A stretch of 52,329 nt of DNA from Gemmatimonadales bacterium (GTDB lineage Bacteria; Gemmatimonadota; Gemmatimonadetes; Gemmatimonadales; GWC2-71-9), in the NCBI GenBank assembly GCA_041615815.1, contig JBFJCP010000031.1:1-52329 (forward strand), in the 5' to 3' direction. A program made the translations under genes and the position numbers. Shown here one piece after another: positions 29,375 through 38,949 of the stretch. Below the pieces are notes generated by a model. It saw only the letters and a program-made list of their open reading frames with translations, searched no databases and was not told where the DNA came from. Positions within the stretch are counted from its first letter, which is position 1; each line of letters begins with the position of its first letter.

Positions 29375-29548
29375 CTATCCTATTCCCGCCGTGTCCCGCG
29401 CCATGATCGTGTCCGGCGGCAGCGGCACAGGTGTCGCTGCAGAGTCGACTCCGACTGGCGTCTCTTGCTCCACCTCCCGTGCCGGTTCGTGACAGGCCAG
29501 TGTCACGACGCCAGCAAGGACCACCGCCAAAGCGTTGAGCTGTTTCAC
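29375..29548 (-). CDS. Small (57 aa) putative lipoprotein
   Basis: GTG 29548 gives MKQLNALAVVLAGVVTLAC-HEPAREVEQETPVGVDSAATPVPLPPDTIMARDTAGIG, with a lipobox and a purine-rich RBS. Confidence 0.65.
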   Translation of the reverse strand: MKQLNALAVVLAGVVTLACHEPAREVEQETPVGVDSAATPVPLPPDTIMARDTAGIG

Positions 29549-29632
29549 CTTTCCCCTTTCTACCTTCCGTCCTTCCCACCGTCCGGCTTTCTCACCTTCC
29601 GACCTTCCGTCGGTCCCACCTGCTGACCTTTG
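29549..29632. repeat. Degenerate tandem octamer array (CCTTCCNN-like)
   Basis: CTTTCCC CTTTCTA CCTTCCGT CCTTCCCA CCGTCCGG CTTTCTCA CCTTCCGA CCTTCCGT CGGTCCCA CCTGCTGA CCTTTG. Confidence 0.7.
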
Positions 29633-29695
29633 TGATCTCCATTCCCGACTCCAAACCCGTTTTCTCATTAAACTACCTCCGCCCAATCTTTCGAC

Positions 29696-31993
29696 ATGAC
29701 CAGCCGGCGAGAGTTCCTGGTAGCCCTTTCGGGTCTCGGTGGTCTGTCGGCGCCCTGGATGAGCGGGTCGCCGACGGTCCACGTCCAGCCTACCATATTC
29801 CACGGGCACCCCGACGGCCGCACCACCCTCCTCAGATTCTTCGTGCGAGAGCTCACCGCACCCGCCGGGCGACTTCGCGTGTACGGGCGGAATCGGCAAC
29901 TCCTCGGAACCGCTGGGGTCCTCCCTGCCGGTGACGGGCTGTACGGCGAGCTGTGGCTCCCCCTCGACCGTTCCACGACGCTCACCACGGAGCTCGAGGC
30001 CCCGGGGCTTCGGGGAGTCAGGCGGGACTACCACACCGTCGACCCTCAGCGGCGTTGGACGATCCACTGGCTCACCGTGGTGGATCCGGACACGTTGCGG
30101 GCCGAGCTGACCCCGCTGGGTCCGGAGCGTCGCGCTGCACGGGTGGCCCTCTACCGCGCCGCCGGTATCCGCGCCAACCCCTTGCTCTCCACGTTGCGAC
30201 GCGAAGGTATGGATCACATCCCATTCCTTCGCCTCACCCTCCCCGCCGCGCACGTGGAATCCGACCTCGGCGTCATTCAGAGCCCGGTGGCGCTCCTCGA
30301 GGACTGGACGGAGTTGGCTCCGAACGTGGCAATGGCCCTCAAGGGTGCTGGCGTCCAGGCCGTGGCGGTTCCGGAACGGCATGCGGCAGCGTCGTGGTGG
30401 CCCGCGGCGGACGGCTCGGCACTGCCGGTGTTTCCGCTGCCAGCTGGGAGCGACCCCGCGGAGCTGGGGTTCGCCGATGGCCTGGCTGAGATGGCGCGCC
30501 GGGTGGAACGATGGCTCACCGCCCTTGCGGTGAGTCAGCGAAACAGCCCCGGGACCGTGCTCGTGATCGGAAACGCACCGTCACCCGCGCCAGCTATGTA
30601 CACCGCCGTCCGCCAGTGGAACACGCGGTTTGCATATCCCAGAATCGTGACGGGGTCGGCCCCGGCGCCTCCTCGAGAGAGCGAACCGAATCCAACTCCT
30701 CTCGCGCAACAAGTCACGACGCTCCGACGACCCCTCCCGCTGGTGCACGAGCGCGTAGCCGGCCTGGCGGATGCACGGGCCAGGATGCTCGAGGAGCGAG
30801 TGAACGGGCTCATCACCCCGCTGGCCACCCATTTGGGCAAGACCGGGCCAGCGACAATGGGTCTCGCCTCCGCGCTGCGCGCCAGCTTTCCCGGCACACT
30901 CGTGATCAACACGACTCCTTTCACGCGCACGGATGTGGTACGGCTGCGCGACGGCACAAGCGCCATCGTGACCGACGTGCCTCCGCTCGGATATGCGTTC
31001 GTCGTCGAGTCGCTAGGGGACACTGGTCAAGCGGCACGCGAAGCGGAGCTCCGGCCCGATCCAAGCACTCGGTTTCACGGGAGGGATATCTCGTTGCAGA
31101 TCGACTCGCGCTCAGGCGCCATTCAATCAGTGCTGGACGCCGACGGTCGTGAACGGGTCCGTACGGGTGTGGGCGGCTTGAACGGAGTGGACGGCACCGT
31201 GCTCGAGAACCTCACCGTGCAGCGGATCTCGAACGTCGGCACGCAGCTCACGGCGCAGCGCCGCACCCTAGGCGGCGAGCGTCTGACCACCACGTACCGC
31301 CTGTATGACGGACTTCCATGGCTCGACGTCGAGAACGAGGCCGGCTTCCGGGGCGGCGGGGTAGTCGAGTATCGGTTTCCGTATCGTGTCGACGGTGCGC
31401 GCATGAGCTGGGACGTTCCGGCAGGCGAACGAACCGGCACCCCGCCTATCCAAGAATTCGCACACTTACGTTGGATGCTCGTCGAAGGGGATGAAGACCG
31501 CGTGTTCGTCCGGGGTTTCGACGCGCCGCTGAGTTCGGTCACGTCTGATGCAACCGTGGTGAGTCATGCACCAACCGGGCACTGCAACTACCGCTTGGCC
31601 TTCGATCGCAAAGGAAGAGCGAGCATGCCCCCATGGCGATTTGGCTGGGAGACCGAACCGCTCGTGTCCGTCCCCGTGCCGCGCGCCGGCTCGGGTCTGC
31701 TCCCCACCGCCGCCTCCCTCCTGCTCGTCGACCAGAGAAACGTGAGCGTGCTCGGCATCAAGACCGCGGACAACGGTGACGGAGTGATCGTGTACCTGCG
31801 CAATCACGACACGCTGCCACAACTCGTTTCCGTCCAGCCAGGACTCCTGCAATTTGAAGATGCGCGACGGGTGGATCTCGTCGAACGAGACATTGGCCCC
31901 GTGGATGGAACCTTGGGCGAGGGAATCCTCGTCCGGATCGCTTCGGGGTCGGTGGCCGTGGTCCGACTCGTGCAGTTGAGCGTCGGGGGTTGA
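29696..31993 (+). CDS. Tat-exported glycoside hydrolase family 38-like protein (degenerate)
   Basis: SRREFL Tat motif; GH38-like elements VRQWN..AYP, DVPPLGY and IKTADNGDGVIVYL..DLVER. The catalytic HxHxD motif is not recognisable. Confidence 0.6.
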   Translation: MTSRREFLVALSGLGGLSAPWMSGSPTVHVQPTIFHGHPDGRTTLLRFFVRELTAPAGRLRVYGRNRQLLGTAGVLPAGDGLYGELWLPLDRSTTLTTELEAPGLRGVRRDYHTVDPQRRWTIHWLTVVDPDTLRAELTPLGPERRAARVALYRAAGIRANPLLSTLRREGMDHIPFLRLTLPAAHVESDLGVIQSPVALLEDWTELAPNVAMALKGAGVQAVAVPERHAAASWWPAADGSALPVFPLPAGSDPAELGFADGLAEMARRVERWLTALAVSQRNSPGTVLVIGNAPSPAPAMYTAVRQWNTRFAYPRIVTGSAPAPPRESEPNPTPLAQQVTTLRRPLPLVHERVAGLADARARMLEERVNGLITPLATHLGKTGPATMGLASALRASFPGTLVINTTPFTRTDVVRLRDGTSAIVTDVPPLGYAFVVESLGDTGQAAREAELRPDPSTRFHGRDISLQIDSRSGAIQSVLDADGRERVRTGVGGLNGVDGTVLENLTVQRISNVGTQLTAQRRTLGGERLTTTYRLYDGLPWLDVENEAGFRGGGVVEYRFPYRVDGARMSWDVPAGERTGTPPIQEFAHLRWMLVEGDEDRVFVRGFDAPLSSVTSDATVVSHAPTGHCNYRLAFDRKGRASMPPWRFGWETEPLVSVPVPRAGSGLLPTAASLLLVDQRNVSVLGIKTADNGDGVIVYLRNHDTLPQLVSVQPGLLQFEDARRVDLVERDIGPVDGTLGEGILVRIASGSVAVVRLVQLSVGG

Positions 31994-32084
31994 ACGCACG
32001 TCGCAGGTCAGGGTATATCTCGGGAGTGTCCGACACAGCCTTGCCTGGGGCAACGTTGTACAAGGCCTTCACGATGGGTGACGA

Positions 32085-33563
32085 ATGATCGATCGACCGA
32101 GAACGTTGGGTGAGCTGAAGCAATCCGAATGGGCGGATCCGCGTCGCCGCGCGCGGACGGTCAAGGACGAGATGCGGGAGAACCTGATCTGCCTGCTCGA
32201 GGAGGGGCGTGAGGTCTTCCCGGGCATCGTGGGGTACGAGGATTCCGTCATCCCGCAGATCATCAGCGCCATCCTCGCGCGACACAACTTCATCCTGCTC
32301 GGACTCCGCGGTCAGGCGAAGAGCCGCATCCTGCGGGCTCTGGCGAATCTCTTGGATGAAGAGATCCCCATCCTCGCCGGCAGCGAGGTGAACGACGATC
32401 CGTTTCGACCAGTCTCGAAGTACGGACGCCAGTTGATTGAAGAGCACGGCGACCGCACGCCGATCGAGTGGATCCACCGGGACCATCGATATGTCGAGAA
32501 GCTCGCCACCCCGGATGTGACGATTGCGGACATCATCGGGGACGTTGATCCCATCAAGGCCGCCCGCGGTGGCCATATTCTGTCCGACGAGTTGACCATT
32601 CATTTCGGGCTCCTACCGCGCAGCAACCGCGGCATCTTTGCCATCAACGAACTGCCCGATCTCGCCGGCAAGATTCAGGTGGGGTTGTTCAACATCATGC
32701 AGGAGGGCGACGTCCAAATCAAAGGCTACCCAATTCGGATGGCGCTGGACGTCCTACTTGTGTTCACGGCCAATCCCGAGGATTACACGGCCCGCGGCAA
32801 GATCATTACGCCGCTGAAGGACCGGATCGGCAGTGAGATCATCACACACTATCCGGCCACGATCGATCACGGCATGGAGATCACCGGACAAGAGGCATGG
32901 CTCGATCGCACGCGGCGTCCGCTCGAGGTACCGGATTTCATCCGTGAGCTCATCGAACGGATCGCGTTCGAGGCACGGGAGGACAAACGCATCGACCGCC
33001 GCTCCGGCGTCAGTCAGCGAGTGCCGATCACCGTTCTCGAGAACGTGGCGTCGAACGCGGAGCACCGGGCCATCATTACACGCGAGAAGCGCGTCGTCCC
33101 ACGGATATCCGACGTCTATAGCGCGCTGCCGTCCATCACGGGGAAGATCGAGCTCGAGTACGAGGGCGAGCTCCAAGGCGCCGAGTCCGTGGCCCGCGAG
33201 CTGGTCCGCCGCGCCGCCGGTAAGACGTTCGAGGCTCGGGTGGGTCACGTCGATTGCGACGCCGTTGTGGAGTGGTTCGACCAGGGAGGCGCGCTAAAGG
33301 TGTCGCCCAACGAGCGGGCTGACGTTTGCCTCAAGGGGTTCTCGACGGTGCCAGGACTGCTGGACGCCGTCGAGACTGCTGAGCTCGCACCCAAGAAAGA
33401 TCCCGCCACCCTGGTCTCGGCCTGCGAGCTGGTTCTGGAAGGCCTAGTCGCCCATAAGCGGATCTCGCGCTCGGACGAGCTGGGTTACGCACGCGCTCGC
33501 CCGGACGGCCCTCCGCCGTTTGGCAAGGGACACGGCGGAGGCAACCCCAACCTCTTCGCATAA
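32085..33563 (+). CDS. AAA+ ATPase, Mg-chelatase subunit I/MoxR-like
   Basis: Degenerate Walker A GLRGQAKS, NRGIFAINELPDL, TANPEDYT and PLKDRIGS. Confidence 0.87.
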   Translation: MIDRPRTLGELKQSEWADPRRRARTVKDEMRENLICLLEEGREVFPGIVGYEDSVIPQIISAILARHNFILLGLRGQAKSRILRALANLLDEEIPILAGSEVNDDPFRPVSKYGRQLIEEHGDRTPIEWIHRDHRYVEKLATPDVTIADIIGDVDPIKAARGGHILSDELTIHFGLLPRSNRGIFAINELPDLAGKIQVGLFNIMQEGDVQIKGYPIRMALDVLLVFTANPEDYTARGKIITPLKDRIGSEIITHYPATIDHGMEITGQEAWLDRTRRPLEVPDFIRELIERIAFEAREDKRIDRRSGVSQRVPITVLENVASNAEHRAIITREKRVVPRISDVYSALPSITGKIELEYEGELQGAESVARELVRRAAGKTFEARVGHVDCDAVVEWFDQGGALKVSPNERADVCLKGFSTVPGLLDAVETAELAPKKDPATLVSACELVLEGLVAHKRISRSDELGYARARPDGPPPFGKGHGGGNPNLFA

Positions 33564-33572
33564 GCCAGGGAC

Positions 33573-34205
33573 GTGGCCGCCATCACCATCTCCCGACAAT
33601 ACGCGTCGGGAGGCTCCGACATCGCGCGCCTGCTCGCCGAGCGTCTCGGCTGGACATTGATCGACAATGAGTTCGTCGACCGCGTCGCCGCTCGCGTGGG
33701 GCTCTCACCCAAAGAAGTCGAGGAGCGGGAAGAGCGGGTGCCCACACTCATCGAGCGCCTCGCGCGAGCGCTCGCCATCTCCTCTCCAGAAGTGTTCGTG
33801 GCCACCGGCGAGCCCCCTGACGGTGCCCTGGCCAAAGAAGAGGAAATCGTGCGGATGACCGAAGCCGTCATCACGCAGACGGTCCGCGAGGGGAACGTCA
33901 TCCTCGTGGGTCGCGGGGCTCAAGCCTACCTGGGCCAGCGAGAAGATACGCTCCACGTGTACATCGTGGGTTCCCGCGAGCACCGCATTCGCGCGGCCTC
34001 CGCGCGACTCGGTATGACCGAGAAGGAAGCCAGTGATTGTGCCGACCGTATTGACGAAGGCAGAAAACGGTACGTAAAGACACACTACAATCGCCGCTGG
34101 GATGACCCAACCAACTACCACCTCGTCTTCAACAGCGATGTCTTTTCATACGAGCAGATCGCGGACTTGATTGCAGCAGCGGTGGAGAAAAAGGGATGGC
34201 GGTAG
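33573..34205 (+). CDS. Cytidylate kinase-like family protein
   Basis: ITISRQYASGG..IA..LA, VILVGRGA and D..R..Y..YHL motifs. Confidence 0.85.
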   Translation: MAAITISRQYASGGSDIARLLAERLGWTLIDNEFVDRVAARVGLSPKEVEEREERVPTLIERLARALAISSPEVFVATGEPPDGALAKEEEIVRMTEAVITQTVREGNVILVGRGAQAYLGQREDTLHVYIVGSREHRIRAASARLGMTEKEASDCADRIDEGRKRYVKTHYNRRWDDPTNYHLVFNSDVFSYEQIADLIAAAVEKKGWR

Positions 34206-34455
34206 GTGGGAAAGATAGAAGGTTGAAAGGGTAGGCGGGTGAGAGGATAGACGGTTGGACGGGTGGAAGTGGGAGAAAACGGATTAGCTGTCGCAATCCA
34301 GCGATCTGTACAGACCCCAGGTGAGCTTGCCCCGCCTCATCACGTTGGAGATCCAAGGCTTTCCAAGTGTCCGCTGACAACAGATTTCTAACGGTTTTCA
34401 CACAACCAATATCCTTCCTTCTAACCTCCTAACCTTCCAACCTTCCGTCTTTCAA
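34206..34455. repeat. Inverted octamer-repeat arms flanking a ~140-bp lower-GC core
   Basis: Left arm GGAAAGATAGAAGGTTGAAAGGGTAGG..GACGGTTGGACGGGTGGAA; right arm CCTTCTAACCTCCTAACCTTCCAACCTTCCGTCTTTCAA. Confidence 0.6.
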
Positions 34456-35784
34456 CTCCCCCGCCCTCACCACCACGACCAGTGCATACACCGTACACAA
34501 GACCCCTCCGACTACCAGAGCCAACCGAGTTCCGAGCTGGCTGGCCGCGGCGCCAACCCCCAGCGCCCCGAATGGCGCGAAACCCAAAAACGCAAACGTA
34601 TAGAACGACACGACCCGGCCTCTGAGCTCGTCGGGCGCAAGCGTTTGTAGCAGGGTGTTGGTGAGTGCCGTGGTGATGATCTGCGCGAAGCCAGTGAGCA
34701 CCAGCGCCACGAGGACCAGTACGATCGATGGAGCGAGGCCGATAGCCACCACCAACAGCCCAAACGCGGCCGAGGTCCATCCCACCACTCGACCCTTGGG
34801 AACCTGATGACCCATGATCGCCAGCCCAAGGGCCCCAATCAGCGCGCCAACGCCCACGGCGGTGGTCATCCACCCGAATGCCTCGGGCCCGCGGTCAAGC
34901 ACGTCCCGGGCAATCACCGGCAAGAGGACGGCAAACGGAAAACCGAACAAGCTGAGCACGGCGATATTCGACACCAAGACCCGCGTGGGATGATGGGACG
35001 ATACATAGCGTATTCCGTCACGTATGCGACCCCAGGTGGAGCTTGTCTCCGGAGTCGGCCGAAATGGAGCGAGCCGCATCGCGAATAGCGCCACGAGCAC
35101 GGCCAGGAAGGTGACCGCGTTCACGAGGAAGCACGCGCCGACTCCTACGGCGACGATAATGACTCCCGCGATGGCTGGACCCACCACCCGGCTTGCGTTG
35201 AAGGCGGAGGAGTTGAGCGCAATGGCGTTCATGAGGTCGCGCTTTCCAACCAGCTCCACCAGGAACGATTGCCGCGCCGGGATGTCGAACGCCGTCACGG
35301 TACCCAGAAGCGTGGCTACGAGGAGAACATGCCACAGCTCCACCGCACCTAGCAGCACCACGATGGCGAGGGCGATGGCCAGGAGCATCGCGCTGGCTTG
35401 CGTGATCACCACCAGTCGATGCTTCGACACCCGATCCGCGACCGCTCCGGCATAGAGCGTGAACAGAAGAACAGGGAGAGTTCCCAAGGCTTCGGCCAGT
35501 CCTACGTAGAACGCCGAGTCGGTGAGATCGAGGACGAGCCACGATTGCGCCACACGGTGCATCCACACACCGATCAGCGAGATGATGTAGCCGGAGAAGA
35601 AGATCCGGAAATTGCGATGGCCGAAGGATGCGAACGGAGATGGACGGGGAGAGGGGGGTCGGATGGAAGGTGGTCGGTCAGTAGGACGGAAGGAGGAAGC
35701 GTGTCCTCCCGACCTTCCCTCCTTCGAGCCTTCCGACGTGCCGTCTGGGGTGGCGCTATCGGGTGGTGGAGTCCCGTCTGTCAT
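34429..35784 (-). CDS. MFS transporter (MFS_3/DUF894-like)
   Basis: G.WMHRVAQSWLV, AGAVADR, FDIPARQS and NAIALNSS.FN..RVVGP motifs; about 12 TM segments. Confidence 0.9.
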   Translation of the reverse strand: MTDGTPPPDSATPDGTSEGSKEGRSGGHASSFRPTDRPPSIRPPSPRPSPFASFGHRNFRIFFSGYIISLIGVWMHRVAQSWLVLDLTDSAFYVGLAEALGTLPVLLFTLYAGAVADRVSKHRLVVITQASAMLLAIALAIVVLLGAVELWHVLLVATLLGTVTAFDIPARQSFLVELVGKRDLMNAIALNSSAFNASRVVGPAIAGVIIVAVGVGACFLVNAVTFLAVLVALFAMRLAPFRPTPETSSTWGRIRDGIRYVSSHHPTRVLVSNIAVLSLFGFPFAVLLPVIARDVLDRGPEAFGWMTTAVGVGALIGALGLAIMGHQVPKGRVVGWTSAAFGLLVVAIGLAPSIVLVLVALVLTGFAQIITTALTNTLLQTLAPDELRGRVVSFYTFAFLGFAPFGALGVGAAASQLGTRLALVVGGVLCTVYALVVVVRAGELKDGRLEG

Positions 35785-35841
35785 TGCGGGAACATAAGGC
35801 TTCCTACAGTTTTGAATGAAGAGGGATCACCGAGGAGCGTC

Positions 35842-37140
35842 ATGCGGTACACGACATACTCGAAATACATCCCGGAGCTGCTCGACGCGATCAACATGCA
35901 GGATCTGCTCGACCAGCTCAGCGATTTTCTCCTCCAGTCCGGCTTTGCCGGCGGTCCCTTCTATCATCCGTACTGGGGGCAATTCGGCGACGAAGAGGGG
36001 GATCGCTCCCTCGATGCCCTCAAACAAGCCATCACCCAGGCCCTCATGGACTCGGGTAAGCTCACCCCTGAGATGTTGCAGGTACTCCGCGGTGACTCCA
36101 CCGGTGACGAGGACCGTGACGCACAAATCCAACAACAACTGGCGGATTTGCTCGACCAGATCGTCCAGCGTCTGATCGAAGAGGGCTACCTGAACATGAG
36201 CCAGTCCCCCCAGATGCCCGAAGGACATCAGCAGGTGTTCGGGCCCGGAGGACAGGCCCACTCGGCCGCGCAGCAGGTGCACTTCAATCTCACCGAGAAG
36301 GGGATCGACTTTTTGGGCTATCGCGCGCTACGACATCTCCTGGGAAGCGTGGGCAAATCCAGCTTCGGAAGCCATGAGACACCGTATCTCGCTACCGGCA
36401 TCGAGGCCGAGGCCGTTTCCAAGCCCTACGAGTTCGGGGATACGCTGAACCTGGACGTAAGTGCCACCCTCGCCAATGCCATCGCCCGCGGCGGTCTCAA
36501 GGTACCCATCGATCTGGACTACCCGGATCTGATGGTGCACCAGGCGGAATATCGATCGAGCGCGGCGACGGTGCTCATGCTCGACTGCTCGCACTCGATG
36601 ATCCTCTATGGCGAGGATCGATTCACCCCCGCCAAGAAGGTAGCGCTGGCGTTGACGCATCTGATCAGAACACAGTTCCCCGGTGATACCATCCGTGTGG
36701 TCCTGTTCCACGATAGCGCCGAAGAGATCCCGCTGGGGAAACTCGCCCATGCGCAGGTGGGTCCGTACCACACGAACACCGCCGAAGGGTTACAGCTGGC
36801 GCGCCGCATTCTCCTTTCACAAAAGAAGGACATGCGCCAGATCATCATGATTACCGACGGGAAACCCTCGGCGCTCACATTGCCGGATGGCCGAGTCTAC
36901 GTGAACTCGATGGGTCTCGATCCCCGAATCCTCAAGGCCACGTACCGCGAGGTCGCAATCTGCCGGCGGGCAGGGATCATGATCAACACGTTCATGTTGG
37001 CTCGCGAGCGAGCCCTGGTGGAGTTCGTCAAGAAAGTCTGCGAGATCTCGAAAGGGAAGGCGTACTTCACCAATACCATGACGCTCGGGCAGTACATCCT
37101 GATGGACTTCATGCGGCGCAAGACGAGGACGGTGAAATAA
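35842..37140 (+). CDS. VWA-domain protein (partner of the ChlI/MoxR-like ATPase)
   Basis: MIDAS motifs DCSHSM and [17 protein letters not shown] precedes ATG 35842. Confidence 0.88.
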   Translation: MRYTTYSKYIPELLDAINMQDLLDQLSDFLLQSGFAGGPFYHPYWGQFGDEEGDRSLDALKQAITQALMDSGKLTPEMLQVLRGDSTGDEDRDAQIQQQLADLLDQIVQRLIEEGYLNMSQSPQMPEGHQQVFGPGGQAHSAAQQVHFNLTEKGIDFLGYRALRHLLGSVGKSSFGSHETPYLATGIEAEAVSKPYEFGDTLNLDVSATLANAIARGGLKVPIDLDYPDLMVHQAEYRSSAATVLMLDCSHSMILYGEDRFTPAKKVALALTHLIRTQFPGDTIRVVLFHDSAEEIPLGKLAHAQVGPYHTNTAEGLQLARRILLSQKKDMRQIIMITDGKPSALTLPDGRVYVNSMGLDPRILKATYREVAICRRAGIMINTFMLARERALVEFVKKVCEISKGKAYFTNTMTLGQYILMDFMRRKTRTVK

Positions 37141-37152
37141 GCAATAGGCGGA

Positions 37153-38946
37153 ATGACGGACGGACAGAAAGTGCGTGAGCCAAATTGGAAGGCACCCAAG
37201 TCATGTTCCGCCGGACCTTGTGACTTTCGCACCTTCGAACCTACAACCCTCACCCGCCGCCAGTTTCTCTCCCACTCCGCTTCCTTGGCGGCTTCGCTCT
37301 CTGTTTCACCGTTCGCGTTCCAGATATTGCGCGGATCACCGCAACGGACCGTCTCTGACGCCAACCTGATCTTTCGGAACGCGGTCGTGTTTGACGGAAC
37401 GGGCGCTGCACCTCTGCAGCTCGACGTGGCCGTCACAACGGATCGTATCAGCGCTGTTGGTCCACGCCTGTCTGCCCCAGGTGCGCAGGAGCTCGACCTC
37501 TCCGGTATGGCCTTGGCACCGGGATTCATCGACATCCACTCGCACACCGACCTAGAGCTGTTCGTGGATCCGCTGGCCGAGAGCAAGATCCGCCAAGGGG
37601 TCACCACCGAGGTGGCAGGCCAGGACGGTTCGTCCATTGGCCCCTGGCGGCGTGAGCGCGCTATGCAGATGTCCCAGACGTACCGCTCCGACTACGGTGT
37701 CGAGCTCGGGTTCGCCGATCTCGCTGGACTCTTCACGCAGCTGGAGCGCCACCCCGCTGCGGTCAACCTTGCCAGTATGGTGGGCCACGGAACGGTTCGC
37801 GAGTACGTGATAGGTAGCGTCGATCGCGAGCCAACGGCTCAAGAGATCGCTCAGATGCAACGGCTCGTTGCCGAGGCCATCCGGCAGGGGGCCTGTGGCA
37901 TGTCTAGCGGCCTCGAATATGTGCCGGGCGCGTTCGCCGACGTCGACGAATTGGCAGCCCTCGCATCCGCGCTCCGTGAATGGGGCCTACCGTACGCCAG
38001 TCACATGCGAAACGAGGACGACCGGCTCTTTGCCGCTGTGGAAGAGGCCTTGAACGTGGGCCGCCAAGCCGGTGTCCCAGTCCACATCTCGCATCTCAAG
38101 GCGCAAGGAGAGCGCAACTGGTGGAAGGCGCAGCCGGTGCTCGAGATGCTGACGGCCGCGCGGGCATCGGGAATCGACGTCACGTACGATCGATACCCGT
38201 ACGTCGCGTACAGCACCGGGCTCGCTTCCCTCTTTCCCGTGTGGTCCCGGGACGGCGGCACCGACGCGTTTCTCGATCGGCTGCGGGATCCCGATCTGGC
38301 GCCGCGGATCGAAGCGGAGGTCCGCGACAAGGTGGAGAGCCTCGGCTCGTGGGACGCCGTACAGATCACTTCTACGGGCTCTCCTGGGTTCACCTGGGCG
38401 GTGGGACGTCGGCTCGGCGTACTGGCCCGGAACCGGAATGAAGACCCCTACGCCGTCCTGCTCGAGATCATTGTGGGCGATCGCAACCGCGCCGGCATGG
38501 TGGGATTCGGCATGAGCGAGGAGAACACGGCGCGGTTCCTGTCTCATCCGCTGGGCATGATCTGCTCGGACGGATCGGCCCTGGCCACGAGCGGCCCGCT
38601 CGCCCGCGGCACACCCCATCCCCGAAACTTCGGCACGTTCCCCCGGGTCCTCGGTTACTACGCTCGCGAACAGAAGGCGATGACCCTGGAGGCAGCGATC
38701 CACAAGATGACGGGGATGCCCGCAGCAAGGCTCCGGCTCGTGGGTCGTGGAACGATTGCCGAAGGATCGTTCGCCGATCTCGTCGCCTTCGATCCCGCGA
38801 CGGTAGGGGATCGGGCCACCTTCGAACAACCCCACCAGTACCCGACCGGTATCCACCACGTTCTGGTGAACGGACAGTTCGTGATGCGAGACCGTGAGCG
38901 GACCGATGGAAGACCGGGGAGAGCGCTGAGAAGGCTCGAAGGCTAG
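37153..38946 (+). CDS. N-acyl-D-amino-acid deacylase (D-aminoacylase), probably Tat-exported
   Basis: PGFIDIHSHTD, GVTTEV.GQDG, SHMRNE, HPRNFGTFPR and ADLV.FDP motifs; TRRQFL twin-arginine motif. Start position is uncertain. Confidence 0.9.
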   Translation: MTDGQKVREPNWKAPKSCSAGPCDFRTFEPTTLTRRQFLSHSASLAASLSVSPFAFQILRGSPQRTVSDANLIFRNAVVFDGTGAAPLQLDVAVTTDRISAVGPRLSAPGAQELDLSGMALAPGFIDIHSHTDLELFVDPLAESKIRQGVTTEVAGQDGSSIGPWRRERAMQMSQTYRSDYGVELGFADLAGLFTQLERHPAAVNLASMVGHGTVREYVIGSVDREPTAQEIAQMQRLVAEAIRQGACGMSSGLEYVPGAFADVDELAALASALREWGLPYASHMRNEDDRLFAAVEEALNVGRQAGVPVHISHLKAQGERNWWKAQPVLEMLTAARASGIDVTYDRYPYVAYSTGLASLFPVWSRDGGTDAFLDRLRDPDLAPRIEAEVRDKVESLGSWDAVQITSTGSPGFTWAVGRRLGVLARNRNEDPYAVLLEIIVGDRNRAGMVGFGMSEENTARFLSHPLGMICSDGSALATSGPLARGTPHPRNFGTFPRVLGYYAREQKAMTLEAAIHKMTGMPAARLRLVGRGTIAEGSFADLVAFDPATVGDRATFEQPHQYPTGIHHVLVNGQFVMRDRERTDGRPGRALRRLEG

Positions 38947-38949
38947 GAG

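Noticed and set aside
29549..29632. CRISPR array
   Set aside because: The units are 8-nt, degenerate and contiguous, with no 23-50 nt repeats, no unique spacers and no cas genes.
35398..35841. N-terminal extension of the VWA ORF
   Set aside because: It is antisense to the MFS gene and its repeat, and a strong RBS precedes ATG 35842.
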